Origin: an uncultured Verrucomicrobiae bacterium
GTDB taxonomy: Bacteria > Chlamydiota > Chlamydiia > Chlamydiales > Rhabdochlamydiaceae
DNA length: 64,000 nucleotides
Reading direction: 5' to 3'
NCBI GenBank assembly: GCA_963806855.1
Contig: CAWDYW010000002.1
Span: 32,001-96,000, forward strand
This document shows, in pieces, positions 50,941 to 59,614 of the stretch. Position numbers and translations under genes: made by a program. Position 1 is the first letter of the stretch, and every line of letters starts with the position of its first letter. Under the pieces are notes generated by a model that was not told where the DNA came from, ran no database searches, and was given only the letters and a program-made list of their open reading frames with translations.

Positions 50941-51996
50941 TCAATCTTCTATAGTTTCCAATCGTTTGCGGGCGTGCTCAATGGCTTTGTGCAGCTTCTC
51001 TCGCAGAATTTCCTTGGGAGGTAGGGCTGTGAGGTATTCGGCGACGTGGATGCCGGCTTGGTCTAGCTCGAGGAGTTCAATTTGCTCGCGTTGTTTGCCT
51101 GTACAGAGGATGAGCCCTAAGGGTGCCTGTTCCCCAGGTTGGCGCTCGTATTTATCGAGCCAACGGAGATATAGTTCCATTTGTCCTTTATGCTCGGGTT
51201 TGAAATCGCCAAGCTTTAGTTCGATAGCTACGAGGCGTTTTAATCCTCTGTGGAAAAAGAGAAGGTCGAGGTGGAAGTCCTTGCTGTCAATGATAATGCG
51301 TTTCTGGCGGGCGAGGAAGCAGAAGCCGATGCCTAATTCAAGGAGGAATTGCTCTAGTTCGCGCATGATTGCATCCTCAAGGTCCTTTTCGATATAGCGG
51401 TCGCTGAGGTTAAGAAATTCGAGTATGTAGGGGTCACGAAATACGAGATCTGGGGTAAGGAGGTCTTCCTTTCGTAGTGTGTCTAGCTCAGCTTGAGCGA
51501 CTAATTCAGGCCGCTTTGACAGCGCGGTGCGTTCGTAGAGCATAGAATCGACCTTGTCCTCTAGAGTGCGCACGTTCCACTTTTCTATTCGACACATCTC
51601 GGTGTAAAAATCGCGTTTGATAGGGTCTTTGAGAGGAAGAAGGACCGTAATATGGGTCCATGTTAATTGTCGCGCCAGCGGTGCGACAATCTGCTCATCG
51701 GGGAAGAGTTCGCCGAATTGGACCATTCGACGCAAGCTCTTCTCAGAAAACCCTTTGCCGTAATGCTGAGTTAATTGTCGCGCCACTGCTGCGACAATTC
51801 CCCTTCCATATTCGGCACGTTCATCTTTCAAAATTTCTTTTCGTATTCTGTTCCCTAAGTGCCAATAAAGCATTGTTAGCCTTGCATTGACTGTAGAAGC
51901 AATGGACTCTCGGGCCTGGTCGATCAGGCCACGAAGCTCTCCGACGAGATTTTCAACCTGGGGCTCTAGGGCTGTTTCCTGGTATTGTAGGGTCAT
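50941..51996 (-). CDS. YhcG/DUF1016 PDDEXK nuclease domain protein
   Basis: RDPYILEFL, FLLELGIGFCFLARQKR, DLLFFHR, IELK, KGQMELYL; overlaps the integrase stop (ATGA). Confidence 0.92.
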   Translation of the reverse strand: MTLQYQETALEPQVENLVGELRGLIDQARESIASTVNARLTMLYWHLGNRIRKEILKDERAEYGRGIVAAVARQLTQHYGKGFSEKSLRRMVQFGELFPDEQIVAPLARQLTWTHITVLLPLKDPIKRDFYTEMCRIEKWNVRTLEDKVDSMLYERTALSKRPELVAQAELDTLRKEDLLTPDLVFRDPYILEFLNLSDRYIEKDLEDAIMRELEQFLLELGIGFCFLARQKRIIIDSKDFHLDLLFFHRGLKRLVAIELKLGDFKPEHKGQMELYLRWLDKYERQPGEQAPLGLILCTGKQREQIELLELDQAGIHVAEYLTALPPKEILREKLHKAIEHARKRLETIED

Positions 51997-53063
51997 ACTT
52001 TTTCTCCTTTGAGGATCTGTTCTGAGATCTTGTTACTGAACTCTTTTGTGACTTGGACATCCATGTGGGTGTAGTGCATCAACATGGCTAAAGTTTTGTG
52101 TCCAGTGGCGGTGGCCAGCTGAAGATTGGATGCTCCTCGGGACGCGGCGAGGGTGCAAAATGTATGACGCATGTCGTGAGCCCGACAATTAGTGATCCCT
52201 GCGCGGGAGAGGGCGGTTTGCCATGCTTTCTTGATGTCGATGCGGCCAAAGGCTGTTTTGCTTGCAAAGACTAGGGGTTTCTGGGGATTGCGGTTTTGGT
52301 GGAATCGATGAAGTTCTTCTAGTACAGGATCACAGAGAGCAATGCTGCGGGGATGGCCATTTTTGCTCTCTCGGATGTAAGCGAGCTTGTTTTCGAAGTC
52401 GATGTCTTTCCATTCGAGGTTGAGGAGTTCGCCTTGCCTTGCCCCCGTTGTGAGAGAGAGCAGAATTATGCAGTAGAGATAGGGTGATTTGCTCTCCTTG
52501 GCCGCTGATAGGAGGCCAGTGATCTCCTCCTCGGAGAGGACACGGTCCCGTCCACGGTTTTCTTTGAGCTTTTTTAGGCGCAGGGCTGGATTGTCGCTGA
52601 GCCAATTGAGGTGGGTGGATGCATAGCTGAGAAGGGAGGAGAGGGACGACATGTAACGATTGGTGGTTGCGGTCGTTCGTTTGGTCCCTTTGCTGGTAGG
52701 GGTTTCTGAGAGGTGATGACGCTCTTTGCTAAGGAGTTCTGTGTTGATGTGAATGATCCCATAGGAACCAAGCCGCGACTTCCAGTAGGTAAGGTGGCGA
52801 CAGGTATCATCAGCAGAGCGGTGGTGCTCTAAACTGCCGTCTTGGATGTAGCGATCGACGAGTTCTTCGAAGCTATGGAGCTTTTTGTACTGGTCAAAAT
52901 TGAACTTGCCGAACTTGATTTGCCGTTCGGTTTCTTTGGCCCAGTCTTCGGCCTCTTGCTTGCGTTCGAAGCTGTTACAGACTGTGGGGAAGCCTTTAAT
53001 GCGAACAACGGCTCGCCAGACGGAAGTGCCGTTTTCATTTTTGCGTTTGTAAATAGATGCCAT
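51993..53063 (-). CDS. int: Tyrosine recombinase/integrase
   Basis: TGARQGELL (R), SKNG (K), HDMRHT (HxxR), GHK (H), HYTH (Y). Confidence 0.95.
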   Translation of the reverse strand: MASIYKRKNENGTSVWRAVVRIKGFPTVCNSFERKQEAEDWAKETERQIKFGKFNFDQYKKLHSFEELVDRYIQDGSLEHHRSADDTCRHLTYWKSRLGSYGIIHINTELLSKERHHLSETPTSKGTKRTTATTNRYMSSLSSLLSYASTHLNWLSDNPALRLKKLKENRGRDRVLSEEEITGLLSAAKESKSPYLYCIILLSLTTGARQGELLNLEWKDIDFENKLAYIRESKNGHPRSIALCDPVLEELHRFHQNRNPQKPLVFASKTAFGRIDIKKAWQTALSRAGITNCRAHDMRHTFCTLAASRGASNLQLATATGHKTLAMLMHYTHMDVQVTKEFSNKISEQILKGEKV

Positions 53064-53222
53064 GTTCCAACCTTTTGGGTTAAGGGTTTGGTTGGATGGC
53101 GCTGGCTAGATTGTTTTTCAATGCACCGCCATTGCACCATGATCGGCAAATTTAAACTTGAACTTGATATTTGTGCAAGTTTTACTTCACGTATTCATAG
53201 AGAAATGAGGGGCTTAGGAAAA

Positions 53223-53295
53223 TGGGGCAACCTGGGATTGAACCAGGGACCGACGGGTTATGAGTCCGCTGCTCTAACCACTGAGCTATTGCCCC
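53223..53295 (-). tRNA. tRNA with CAT anticodon (probably Ile2/lysidine, otherwise Met); CCA not encoded
   Basis: GGGGCAA-TAGCTCAGTGGTTAGAGC-A-GCGGA-CTCATAA-CCCGT-CGGTC-CCTGG-TTCAATC-CCAGG-TTGCCCC-A cloverleaf; G1-C72 pair argues against initiator. Confidence 0.93.
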
Positions 53296-53304
53296 AAACG
53301 GGAA

Positions 53305-54579
53305 CTACCAACTAATGCGAAGGCGAAGATTGGAATCATCTTTAGACCTACATCCTTCCCTATAAGTAAATATATATTGGTTAATAATCTCCTTGTTCGA
53401 GATTTCGAAGGATTCAAGTGCTTTATTTATCGAATGGCGTAAACTCCCACAATTTATATTAATTTCTAGATTATTGTTTGATAAATTAAATGGAATTCCA
53501 AGACATTTGTAGAGGTAATATGGCTTTAATAAATCCCATACTTTCTTTTTTCCGACTCCCTGAATACAATTTAATAATGCCATTTCTCGATATTCTTTTT
53601 CTGTATGAAAAGCTTCTTTTAGGGATACATAGGCATTTTTTATTATTGAAAACATTTTCTGATCTCCACCCTTATCAGGATGGAACAAGCTTGCATGTGT
53701 ACGGAATGTTGTTCCGATCGATTCCAAGGCTTCTGCCTGGTGATCCCAGTTAATAGAAGGGTTAACACATTGGAAAACTCCTTTTGCTTCATCTAGGAAT
53801 TCAGCTTCGCCAAAACCTGAGATGCATTTGGCGATTTCTCCTAATCGAGGAATTGGATTGAGTACTTTTACAATTCTTGACATAGGTGTGCTAATTCTCT
53901 GCGATAGGATTAACGCTTTACCAGAGTCAGCGCTGCAAGGAATATCTTTAGGCGAAAAGCTCTTCAGTACTGTTTCCTTTATGGGCTCAGGCTGGAAAAT
54001 TTGCTTTATGTTGTTTAAGATTTCAGAGCTAGAGTCAGCATTGCTAGGAATATCTTTAGGCGAAAAGCTCTTCAGTACTGTTTGATTTATGGACTCAGGC
54101 CGGAAAATCTGCTTTGTGTTGTTTAAGATTTCAGATTTTTCTATGGGCAATTCGGGTAAAGAGTTCGTTCTTCGATATACAATGAAAAGGACTATCGCAA
54201 CTGCCAAAATGGGCGGTAGAACGGTTTTGGCAATGGATAAATAAGATCGGGAAGGAGTAGTAGGGAGTGGGGTTTCTATAGGAGGTGGTTCTTTTGATTC
54301 TGCTTCCTTTATCGGCTCGGCCCAGGGAGAAAGCTGCGCAATCTTCAGCTCCATCGATTCTATTAAGCTCTCAATATTTTCACTTAAATTCGTAGGGTTA
54401 AGGCCGGGGAGTGTGTTTATAATAAATTTAACAACTCTGAGACAAGTAACGGCAATAGACTCAAAAGAATATGCTATTAAATAGAGCGGGGTAATTAATA
54501 CCATTTTTGCTTTTTCTTGAAAGGAAAAAGGTGTTTCTTGAGAAAGCACTATAAAGTCTGAGTTAACCGCTCTGGTCAT
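53305..54579 (-). CDS. Membrane-anchored protein with a 36-aa tandem repeat and an HPD J-domain motif
   Basis: TM VLPPILAVAIVLFIVY; FRTHASLFHPDKGGDQKMFSIIKNAY. Confidence 0.65.
   Translation of the reverse strand: MTRAVNSDFIVLSQETPFSFQEKAKMVLITPLYLIAYSFESIAVTCLRVVKFIINTLPGLNPTNLSENIESLIESMELKIAQLSPWAEPIKEAESKEPPPIETPLPTTPSRSYLSIAKTVLPPILAVAIVLFIVYRRTNSLPELPIEKSEILNNTKQIFRPESINQTVLKSFSPKDIPSNADSSSEILNNIKQIFQPEPIKETVLKSFSPKDIPCSADSGKALILSQRISTPMSRIVKVLNPIPRLGEIAKCISGFGEAEFLDEAKGVFQCVNPSINWDHQAEALESIGTTFRTHASLFHPDKGGDQKMFSIIKNAYVSLKEAFHTEKEYREMALLNCIQGVGKKKVWDLLKPYYLYKCLGIPFNLSNNNLEININCGSLRHSINKALESFEISNKEIINQYIFTYREGCRSKDDSNLRLRISW
53922..54137 (-). repeat. In-frame 108-bp tandem duplication
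   Basis: aatatctttaggcgaaaagctcttcagtactgttt at 53941 and 54049. Confidence 0.9.
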
Positions 54580-54661
54580 AATGAAATATTATATGCCAAA
54601 AGGCTACTTTTTTCAATCGTTCTTTTCGAAAATTCGCCATTCATGCTATTGAGAAGGTAAT

Positions 54662-55891
54662 ATGAGCTATCATAAGAGAATTTTCACCGCTTTTTCCCTT
54701 TCGCTCTGTTGCTTTACCCTTTTTGCCTCCGAGGATGAGGGGGTGCTGGAGGATCAGGAGGTAGCCGATGCTTCCCATGCGTTCTTCATGAGCCGGGTCG
54801 AGGCGATCCCTGATAAAAAGCTGAAGGAGCATAATACGGACCACTATCTAGAGGGGTATATCCAGGCTCTTCTCGATATGCACTACTATGAGCACCAGGT
54901 CATTGTCCTGGTCGATCAGGGGGTGGTCTATCTCTATAATCTGCCGAATAACGCTCTCTTGGCCAACTCGATTATCGACTTCGTTGAGGACTTGCCCTGC
55001 GTTGAAGAGGTTCGTGTCAAGTGTGAGCTGACTCCTGAGGAGTGCGAGCGGCGCAAGAGTTATGTCGAACAGCCCTACACTAGCGGGATTTGGTTCCCGC
55101 AGTCGACGGTGGTCTTTTTACCTTTAGTGGCTAACCCGAGAGAAGTGGTCAACTCGATCGCTTATCGATCGGGGGATAGGGTGGTGGGAAAGACCTGTAT
55201 TGCGATTGCCATTGGCGATAACTTCCCCATTTATCGCTGGACGAATGTGTTTAAGTGGTGTGGGGACCTGCAGATCGGGATCGAGGCGGGCATTTGGGCT
55301 CCATTCAATTTCCACCATGTACCGCATCGCGGGGGAACTAAATGCGAGTTGTTCAACACCGACTATCTGCTTGGGATTCCTCTCGACTATGCGTTTGATA
55401 AATGGGCGTTTCGTCTTGAGCTCTATCACATTTCGAGCCACTTGGGCGATGAGTTCTTATTCAACCGTCCCGATTTTCTCCCAAGACGGGTAAACCCCAG
55501 TTTTGAGGCGCTGGTCTTTTATACCTCTTACCAGGTGACAAGGTTCTTGCGCTTATATTTCGGTCCCGGCGTTATCATCCATAGCGACCAATCGTTTAAG
55601 ATGGACAATTTTTACATCGATTACGGGTTAGAAGCCCGCTTCTTTCCAGTTCGGTTCTGCTATCAGCGGATCTATGGGACTTTCTTTGTGGCTCTCGATG
55701 TCCAAAACTGGCAGGTGCGACATTGGAACTTTGATTGGACGATCAAAGGGGGCTATGAGTTCAGCAAGCTGGCTGGTGTCGGCCGCAAAGTGAGGCTATT
55801 CGCTTCCTATCACTGGGGCTACTCCTACGAGGGGCAGTTCTTCCTGAAGAAAACGCGCTACGGCGAGTATGGCCTCTCCTGGGGCTTTTAA
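54662..55891 (+). CDS. DUF1207 family chlamydial protein (probable outer membrane, CT389-like)
   Basis: YLEGYIQALLDMHYYE, GIWFPQ, YHISSHLGDEF, YSYEGQF, terminal WGF. Confidence 0.8.
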   Translation: MSYHKRIFTAFSLSLCCFTLFASEDEGVLEDQEVADASHAFFMSRVEAIPDKKLKEHNTDHYLEGYIQALLDMHYYEHQVIVLVDQGVVYLYNLPNNALLANSIIDFVEDLPCVEEVRVKCELTPEECERRKSYVEQPYTSGIWFPQSTVVFLPLVANPREVVNSIAYRSGDRVVGKTCIAIAIGDNFPIYRWTNVFKWCGDLQIGIEAGIWAPFNFHHVPHRGGTKCELFNTDYLLGIPLDYAFDKWAFRLELYHISSHLGDEFLFNRPDFLPRRVNPSFEALVFYTSYQVTRFLRLYFGPGVIIHSDQSFKMDNFYIDYGLEARFFPVRFCYQRIYGTFFVALDVQNWQVRHWNFDWTIKGGYEFSKLAGVGRKVRLFASYHWGYSYEGQFFLKKTRYGEYGLSWGF

Positions 55892-56053
55892 CCTGAATTT
55901 TGGGTTTATTCCCCGGATAATCAATAGCTTTTCGCGATATTTTGCATTTTTCTCCTCGTTCATAGAAGCCTTCGGCTATGTACTTCGGAGAAAAATTCAA
56001 AATCTCATCGAAAATCTTATTGATTCTCATGGGGAATTAACCCAAAACTCAGG
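55892..56053. repeat. ~162-bp palindromic (MITE/RPE-like) element A
   Basis: Nested inverted repeats cctgaattttgggtttattcccc / ggggaattaacccaaaactcagg; apex catag-aagcc-ttc-ggctatg. Confidence 0.85.
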
Positions 56054-56056
56054 CTT

Positions 56057-58153
56057 TTAATTAACGGTGAAAAATCCCTCTTTGGAGAACGGGCTGTGCT
56101 TGCCGATTGGCAAGGTGCCGCTGAAGTACTGTTTGTAGATTTTAAGGGCTTGGGTAGGGGTTTGGACGCAGTAGAAGCAGTTGCTTACCCATTCGTGTCC
56201 TCGGATCGTTCCGCTTCTTAAATTAGCTTGGAAGGTTGGGGTGATTTTGTCTCTCCAGTAGTCGAGTTCTCCGAGGAGCAGGACGGGGGTCGGTGTATTC
56301 ATACTCACTTTGCGGCGCACTCCTTCGAGGGCAAATTCAAAATCGGTCCCATAGCCACCCATGAGGAAGATCGGAAAGTCGAGGTTGAACTCGGCTTGTC
56401 GTTCGACCAGCCGGTCGAGACGGTAGGTCATCTTGGCATCGATGTAGGCGTTAGTTTGCTGCTCCGCTCCGGTGAAATCGACGATGTTGGCGCAGGAGAG
56501 GATGTTTAGGGAGCGGGCAACTCGGTTGCCAACCTCCATCAGTCCTGGGCCGCCGCCGGTGATGAGGGTGAGGGGAGTGTCTCGATTGAGGAGGGGGTGG
56601 TTGACATGGGAACGCATCTCGAGCACTCCTTCGAGGATTTCGGTCAGCTCTTTATCGAATTGGAGGTTGATGAGGGTAGAACCGTAAACCCCAAAGGCGG
56701 TCGCTCCAATGAATTGCTTTACCTGAGCAAGCGGGACGAACATACCGGTATCTTTATCAGGCTTGGGAGTAAAGCGAAGCACTTTGCCGCATGTTTTATC
56801 TACCCAGAAGATCGGGATGGCAAATTTGTCTAGGTCGATCAGCATCGAGCGGTCTTCGTGCGAGAAAAACTCTCCCTGCGACTGGGATGGGGTCAAAAAG
56901 TAGATTCCTTTGAGTGAGCTTTGCACCATATCGCCAAGGAGCATTTTTTTCATGAGGGGGGAGGGGAAGTAGCGGCAGAAGAGGACTCCCTGCGAGGTGA
57001 TCAGTCCGCTTTCGATTGCTTTGAGGAAGGGGTAGGAGGGTTGCTGCTGAATATATTCGTTGACCATTTGCGATTGTTTCAGCGGATCAAAAAGGCCAGG
57101 AAAGTGCTCAGGATGGACTTTGCGGCTGATCCAATCTTTCGTGGTGAGGTTGAGCATCTGCTCCCCTTTGACGACGAAGACTGCAGAACGAAGCGAAGGA
57201 TCTTTGGGGGCGGTTTCGAAGACTTTAAAGACCGCTTTTGGATCTTCGAGCGAGCTGATCAGCTGGTCCCGGTCGCTGAAAAAAACGTGCTCCCGGTGAG
57301 GCTCAAGGGTATAGAACTCAAGGGGAATGTAGGTCATCTCGGCTTTGGACTTGCCGAAAAGCTCAAACACATCGCCCGATGCTTTCGTGTCGGGCTGCAA
57401 AACGTTAGCAGAGGTGTGGTGAACGCCTTCGGGGAGCATCGAGTCGATGACCCGGCCAAACACGGTTCGAATATGCAGGGGAGTGGTATTAGCAAGCAAG
57501 ATTTCCCCTTCTTTGACCACGCGTGGGGCTCCCTCTTTCCACACCTGGTGAAGGGTGAGCAGCTCGCGCGTTTTGATTTTGGGGATGCAGAGCGCGCGGG
57601 TGAGGGTAGGGATAAAATCGGCGGTATTCTCATCATATTCGAGCACCCCACTCCGCAAGCCTAAGCGGGCGACGGTATAGCCATCGATCTTTTCCAGCTG
57701 CAGCTCATTGCCCCCTTGTGTGCCGAGAGAAAGGAGGGGCAAATTGTCTCGATCCGACCTGTGAAACATTCTCAGCAAATAGTCGGGATCTCGGACTCGT
57801 CTTCTCGAATCTGCGGCGAACAGTTTTCCGATGAAACAGCCCTCTGTCAGATTCTGGAGGACGATTTTTCCAAGATGGCCGAAGCTTCGCAGCTCTACTT
57901 GGATCTCTGCTGAACGGGTAATCGGATCTAGTTCAAACTGTTTGGAGGCCCCGTCGACTCCAAGTTGGGCGAGTGAGCTTTTGATGTTAAAAAAAATGGA
58001 GGAGGGATCAATAGAAAAACCGACAAAGACAGGAGAGATCGCTTCAATTAGGACGATCACATCCATCGTCGATTCAGTTCGCTTAAGGATGCGGGTGATC
58101 ATCCCGTCTGGAGTGACAAGGTCGTAGTGTGCAGAGGCGAGATAGCTTTCCAT
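56057..58153 (-). CDS. Chlamydial LOG-domain protein (CT387-like)
   Basis: DLVTPDG N-terminus; C-terminal ITGGGPGLMEVGN, LVERQ, GGYGTDFE; start moved to MESYL, outside the palindrome. Confidence 0.8.
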   Translation of the reverse strand: MESYLASAHYDLVTPDGMITRILKRTESTMDVIVLIEAISPVFVGFSIDPSSIFFNIKSSLAQLGVDGASKQFELDPITRSAEIQVELRSFGHLGKIVLQNLTEGCFIGKLFAADSRRRVRDPDYLLRMFHRSDRDNLPLLSLGTQGGNELQLEKIDGYTVARLGLRSGVLEYDENTADFIPTLTRALCIPKIKTRELLTLHQVWKEGAPRVVKEGEILLANTTPLHIRTVFGRVIDSMLPEGVHHTSANVLQPDTKASGDVFELFGKSKAEMTYIPLEFYTLEPHREHVFFSDRDQLISSLEDPKAVFKVFETAPKDPSLRSAVFVVKGEQMLNLTTKDWISRKVHPEHFPGLFDPLKQSQMVNEYIQQQPSYPFLKAIESGLITSQGVLFCRYFPSPLMKKMLLGDMVQSSLKGIYFLTPSQSQGEFFSHEDRSMLIDLDKFAIPIFWVDKTCGKVLRFTPKPDKDTGMFVPLAQVKQFIGATAFGVYGSTLINLQFDKELTEILEGVLEMRSHVNHPLLNRDTPLTLITGGGPGLMEVGNRVARSLNILSCANIVDFTGAEQQTNAYIDAKMTYRLDRLVERQAEFNLDFPIFLMGGYGTDFEFALEGVRRKVSMNTPTPVLLLGELDYWRDKITPTFQANLRSGTIRGHEWVSNCFYCVQTPTQALKIYKQYFSGTLPIGKHSPFSKEGFFTVN

Positions 58154-58166
58154 ACTAATTCTCTTA

Positions 58167-58335
58167 AACTCGACTTTGTACATTTTTTGGCGAGCAGATC
58201 CGAAGGAGGCGTCCGATGATTTCATTATTTTTTTGCGAGTTCATAGCTGCGAAGGCCCTATGGACGAGCAAAAAAATAATAAAAGCGCGGACGTTTTCCT
58301 AGGAGATGCCGAAAAAAAATGTACAAAGTCGAGTT
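58167..58335. repeat. ~169-bp palindromic (MITE/RPE-like) element B
   Basis: aactcgactttgtacatttttt / aaaaaatgtacaaagtcgagtt; attatttttttgc / gcaaaaaaataat; apex catagctgcgaaggccctatg. Confidence 0.85.
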
Positions 58336-58385
58336 ATACTCTATAGTTGTTTTTTTTATAGTGGATTAAGGAGACTTAAGATATC

Positions 58386-59279
58386 ATGGCCGATTTTTTA
58401 GGAAAGATGATGATTTCACGCAGTTTTGGTACTCACGACGGAACTTTTCACGCTGATGAAGTCAGCGCATGTGCTCTTTTGCTCGTCTTCAACCTGATTG
58501 ACCGAGACAAAATTTTTCGGACGCGCGATCCTGAAAAGCTGGCACAGTGTGAGTATGTGTGTGACGTCGGGGGAGTATACGACCCAAAGAAAAAGCGATT
58601 TGATCACCATCAATTGGAATACACCGGGGACCTTTCAAGCGCCGGGATGATCTGGCTCTATCTGCGCGATCAGAAACTGGTCGATCAGCCCTTATACGAT
58701 TTTGTCAACCACTCGATTGTCCTCGGGATCGATGCACACGATACCGGAAAAGTGATGCAGAAGGAGGGCGTCTGCACCTTCTCTCATGTGGTCGCCAACT
58801 ATGTTCCGATTTCCTATGGCAGCGACGATAAGCAGCAGAACATCGCCTTTTTTCAAGCGCTCGACTTTGTGGTGGCCCATTTTGAGAGGCTCCTTAAACG
58901 TTATCGGTACATTTTGTCATGCCGAGACAAAGTGGCAGCTGCGATGGCCCCTCGCACCAAAGCTCTGATTTTCGATGAGTCAATGCCATGGCAGGAGAAT
59001 TTCTTCGAGCTCGGCGGAGAGCATCATCCTGCTCTGTTTGTGATTATGCCTGCGCAAGACCATTGGAAACTGCGGGGGATCCCCCCAAATCCGCATGAAA
59101 AGATGGATGTGCGGATGCCTCTGCCAGAAAAATGGGCCGGTCTACGCGATGAAGCCTTACAAGAGGCATCAGGGATCAAAGGGGCGATTTTCTGTCACAA
59201 GGGGCGATTTATTTCCGTTTGGGAAACAAAAGAAGATGCACTAAAAGCCCTAAGCGCTATATTAGGAGAGAAGGGATGA
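58386..59279 (+). CDS. MYG1 family metal-dependent hydrolase (CT386-like)
   Basis: GTHDGTFHADE, DVGG, RFDHHQ, LSSAG, FCHKGRF. Confidence 0.92.
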   Translation: MADFLGKMMISRSFGTHDGTFHADEVSACALLLVFNLIDRDKIFRTRDPEKLAQCEYVCDVGGVYDPKKKRFDHHQLEYTGDLSSAGMIWLYLRDQKLVDQPLYDFVNHSIVLGIDAHDTGKVMQKEGVCTFSHVVANYVPISYGSDDKQQNIAFFQALDFVVAHFERLLKRYRYILSCRDKVAAAMAPRTKALIFDESMPWQENFFELGGEHHPALFVIMPAQDHWKLRGIPPNPHEKMDVRMPLPEKWAGLRDEALQEASGIKGAIFCHKGRFISVWETKEDALKALSAILGEKG

Positions 59280-59614
59280 CCACTGTATTTGGAAGAATTA
59301 TTAGGGGCGAGCTTCCCTGCGATAAAGTCTATGAAACCGAGAACGTGATCGCGTTTAAAGACATCGCACCGAAAGCTCCGATTCACATTTTAATTGTGCC
59401 CAAAAAGGAAATACCGACACTCCAAGACGTCACAGTGGAAGACTATCCCCTCATAGGTGAAATGATTGGCGTGGCGCAAGCGTTGGCAAAACAATTTGGG
59501 ATCGAAGATGGATACCGTCTTTTGGTCAACAACGGTCCTAACTCGGGCCAAGCTGTCTATCACCTCCATTTTCATTTGATTGGGGGAAAACGGTTATCAC
59601 ACGATTTGGGTTAA
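59276..59614 (+). CDS. hinT: Histidine triad nucleotide-binding protein
   Basis: AFKDIAPKAPIHILIVPK, GQAVYHLHFHLIGG. Confidence 0.92.
   Translation: MTTVFGRIIRGELPCDKVYETENVIAFKDIAPKAPIHILIVPKKEIPTLQDVTVEDYPLIGEMIGVAQALAKQFGIEDGYRLLVNNGPNSGQAVYHLHFHLIGGKRLSHDLG

Larger units (their letters stand above)
40011..53264 (-). mobile_element. tRNA-integrated phage-satellite/PICI-like element (~13.2 kb)
   Basis: 42-bp direct repeats, integrase next to the tRNA, HTH + primase Zn finger + TOPRIM/DUF3987 replication module, no capsid or tail genes recognised. Confidence 0.85.

Noticed and set aside
51663..51785. 15-bp direct repeat ttaattgtcgcgcca in DUF1016
   Set aside because: Encodes a recurring ARQLT peptide; no sign of mobility or regulation
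40011..53264. Complete prophage or conjugative ICE
   Set aside because: No capsid, portal, tail, lysis, relaxase or T4SS genes recognised
55761..56060. Short ORFs on both strands (possible DUF167 gene)
   Set aside because: Translations of palindromic element A; no DUF167 motifs
56921..57664. 247-aa + strand ORF and similar shadow ORFs in the GC-richer core
   Set aside because: Antisense shadows of well-supported genes
58154..58225. N-terminal extension of the LOG-like ORF (MKSSDASF...)
   Set aside because: Lies within palindromic element B; the start at 58153 is more plausible, though in-frame inclusion cannot be excluded
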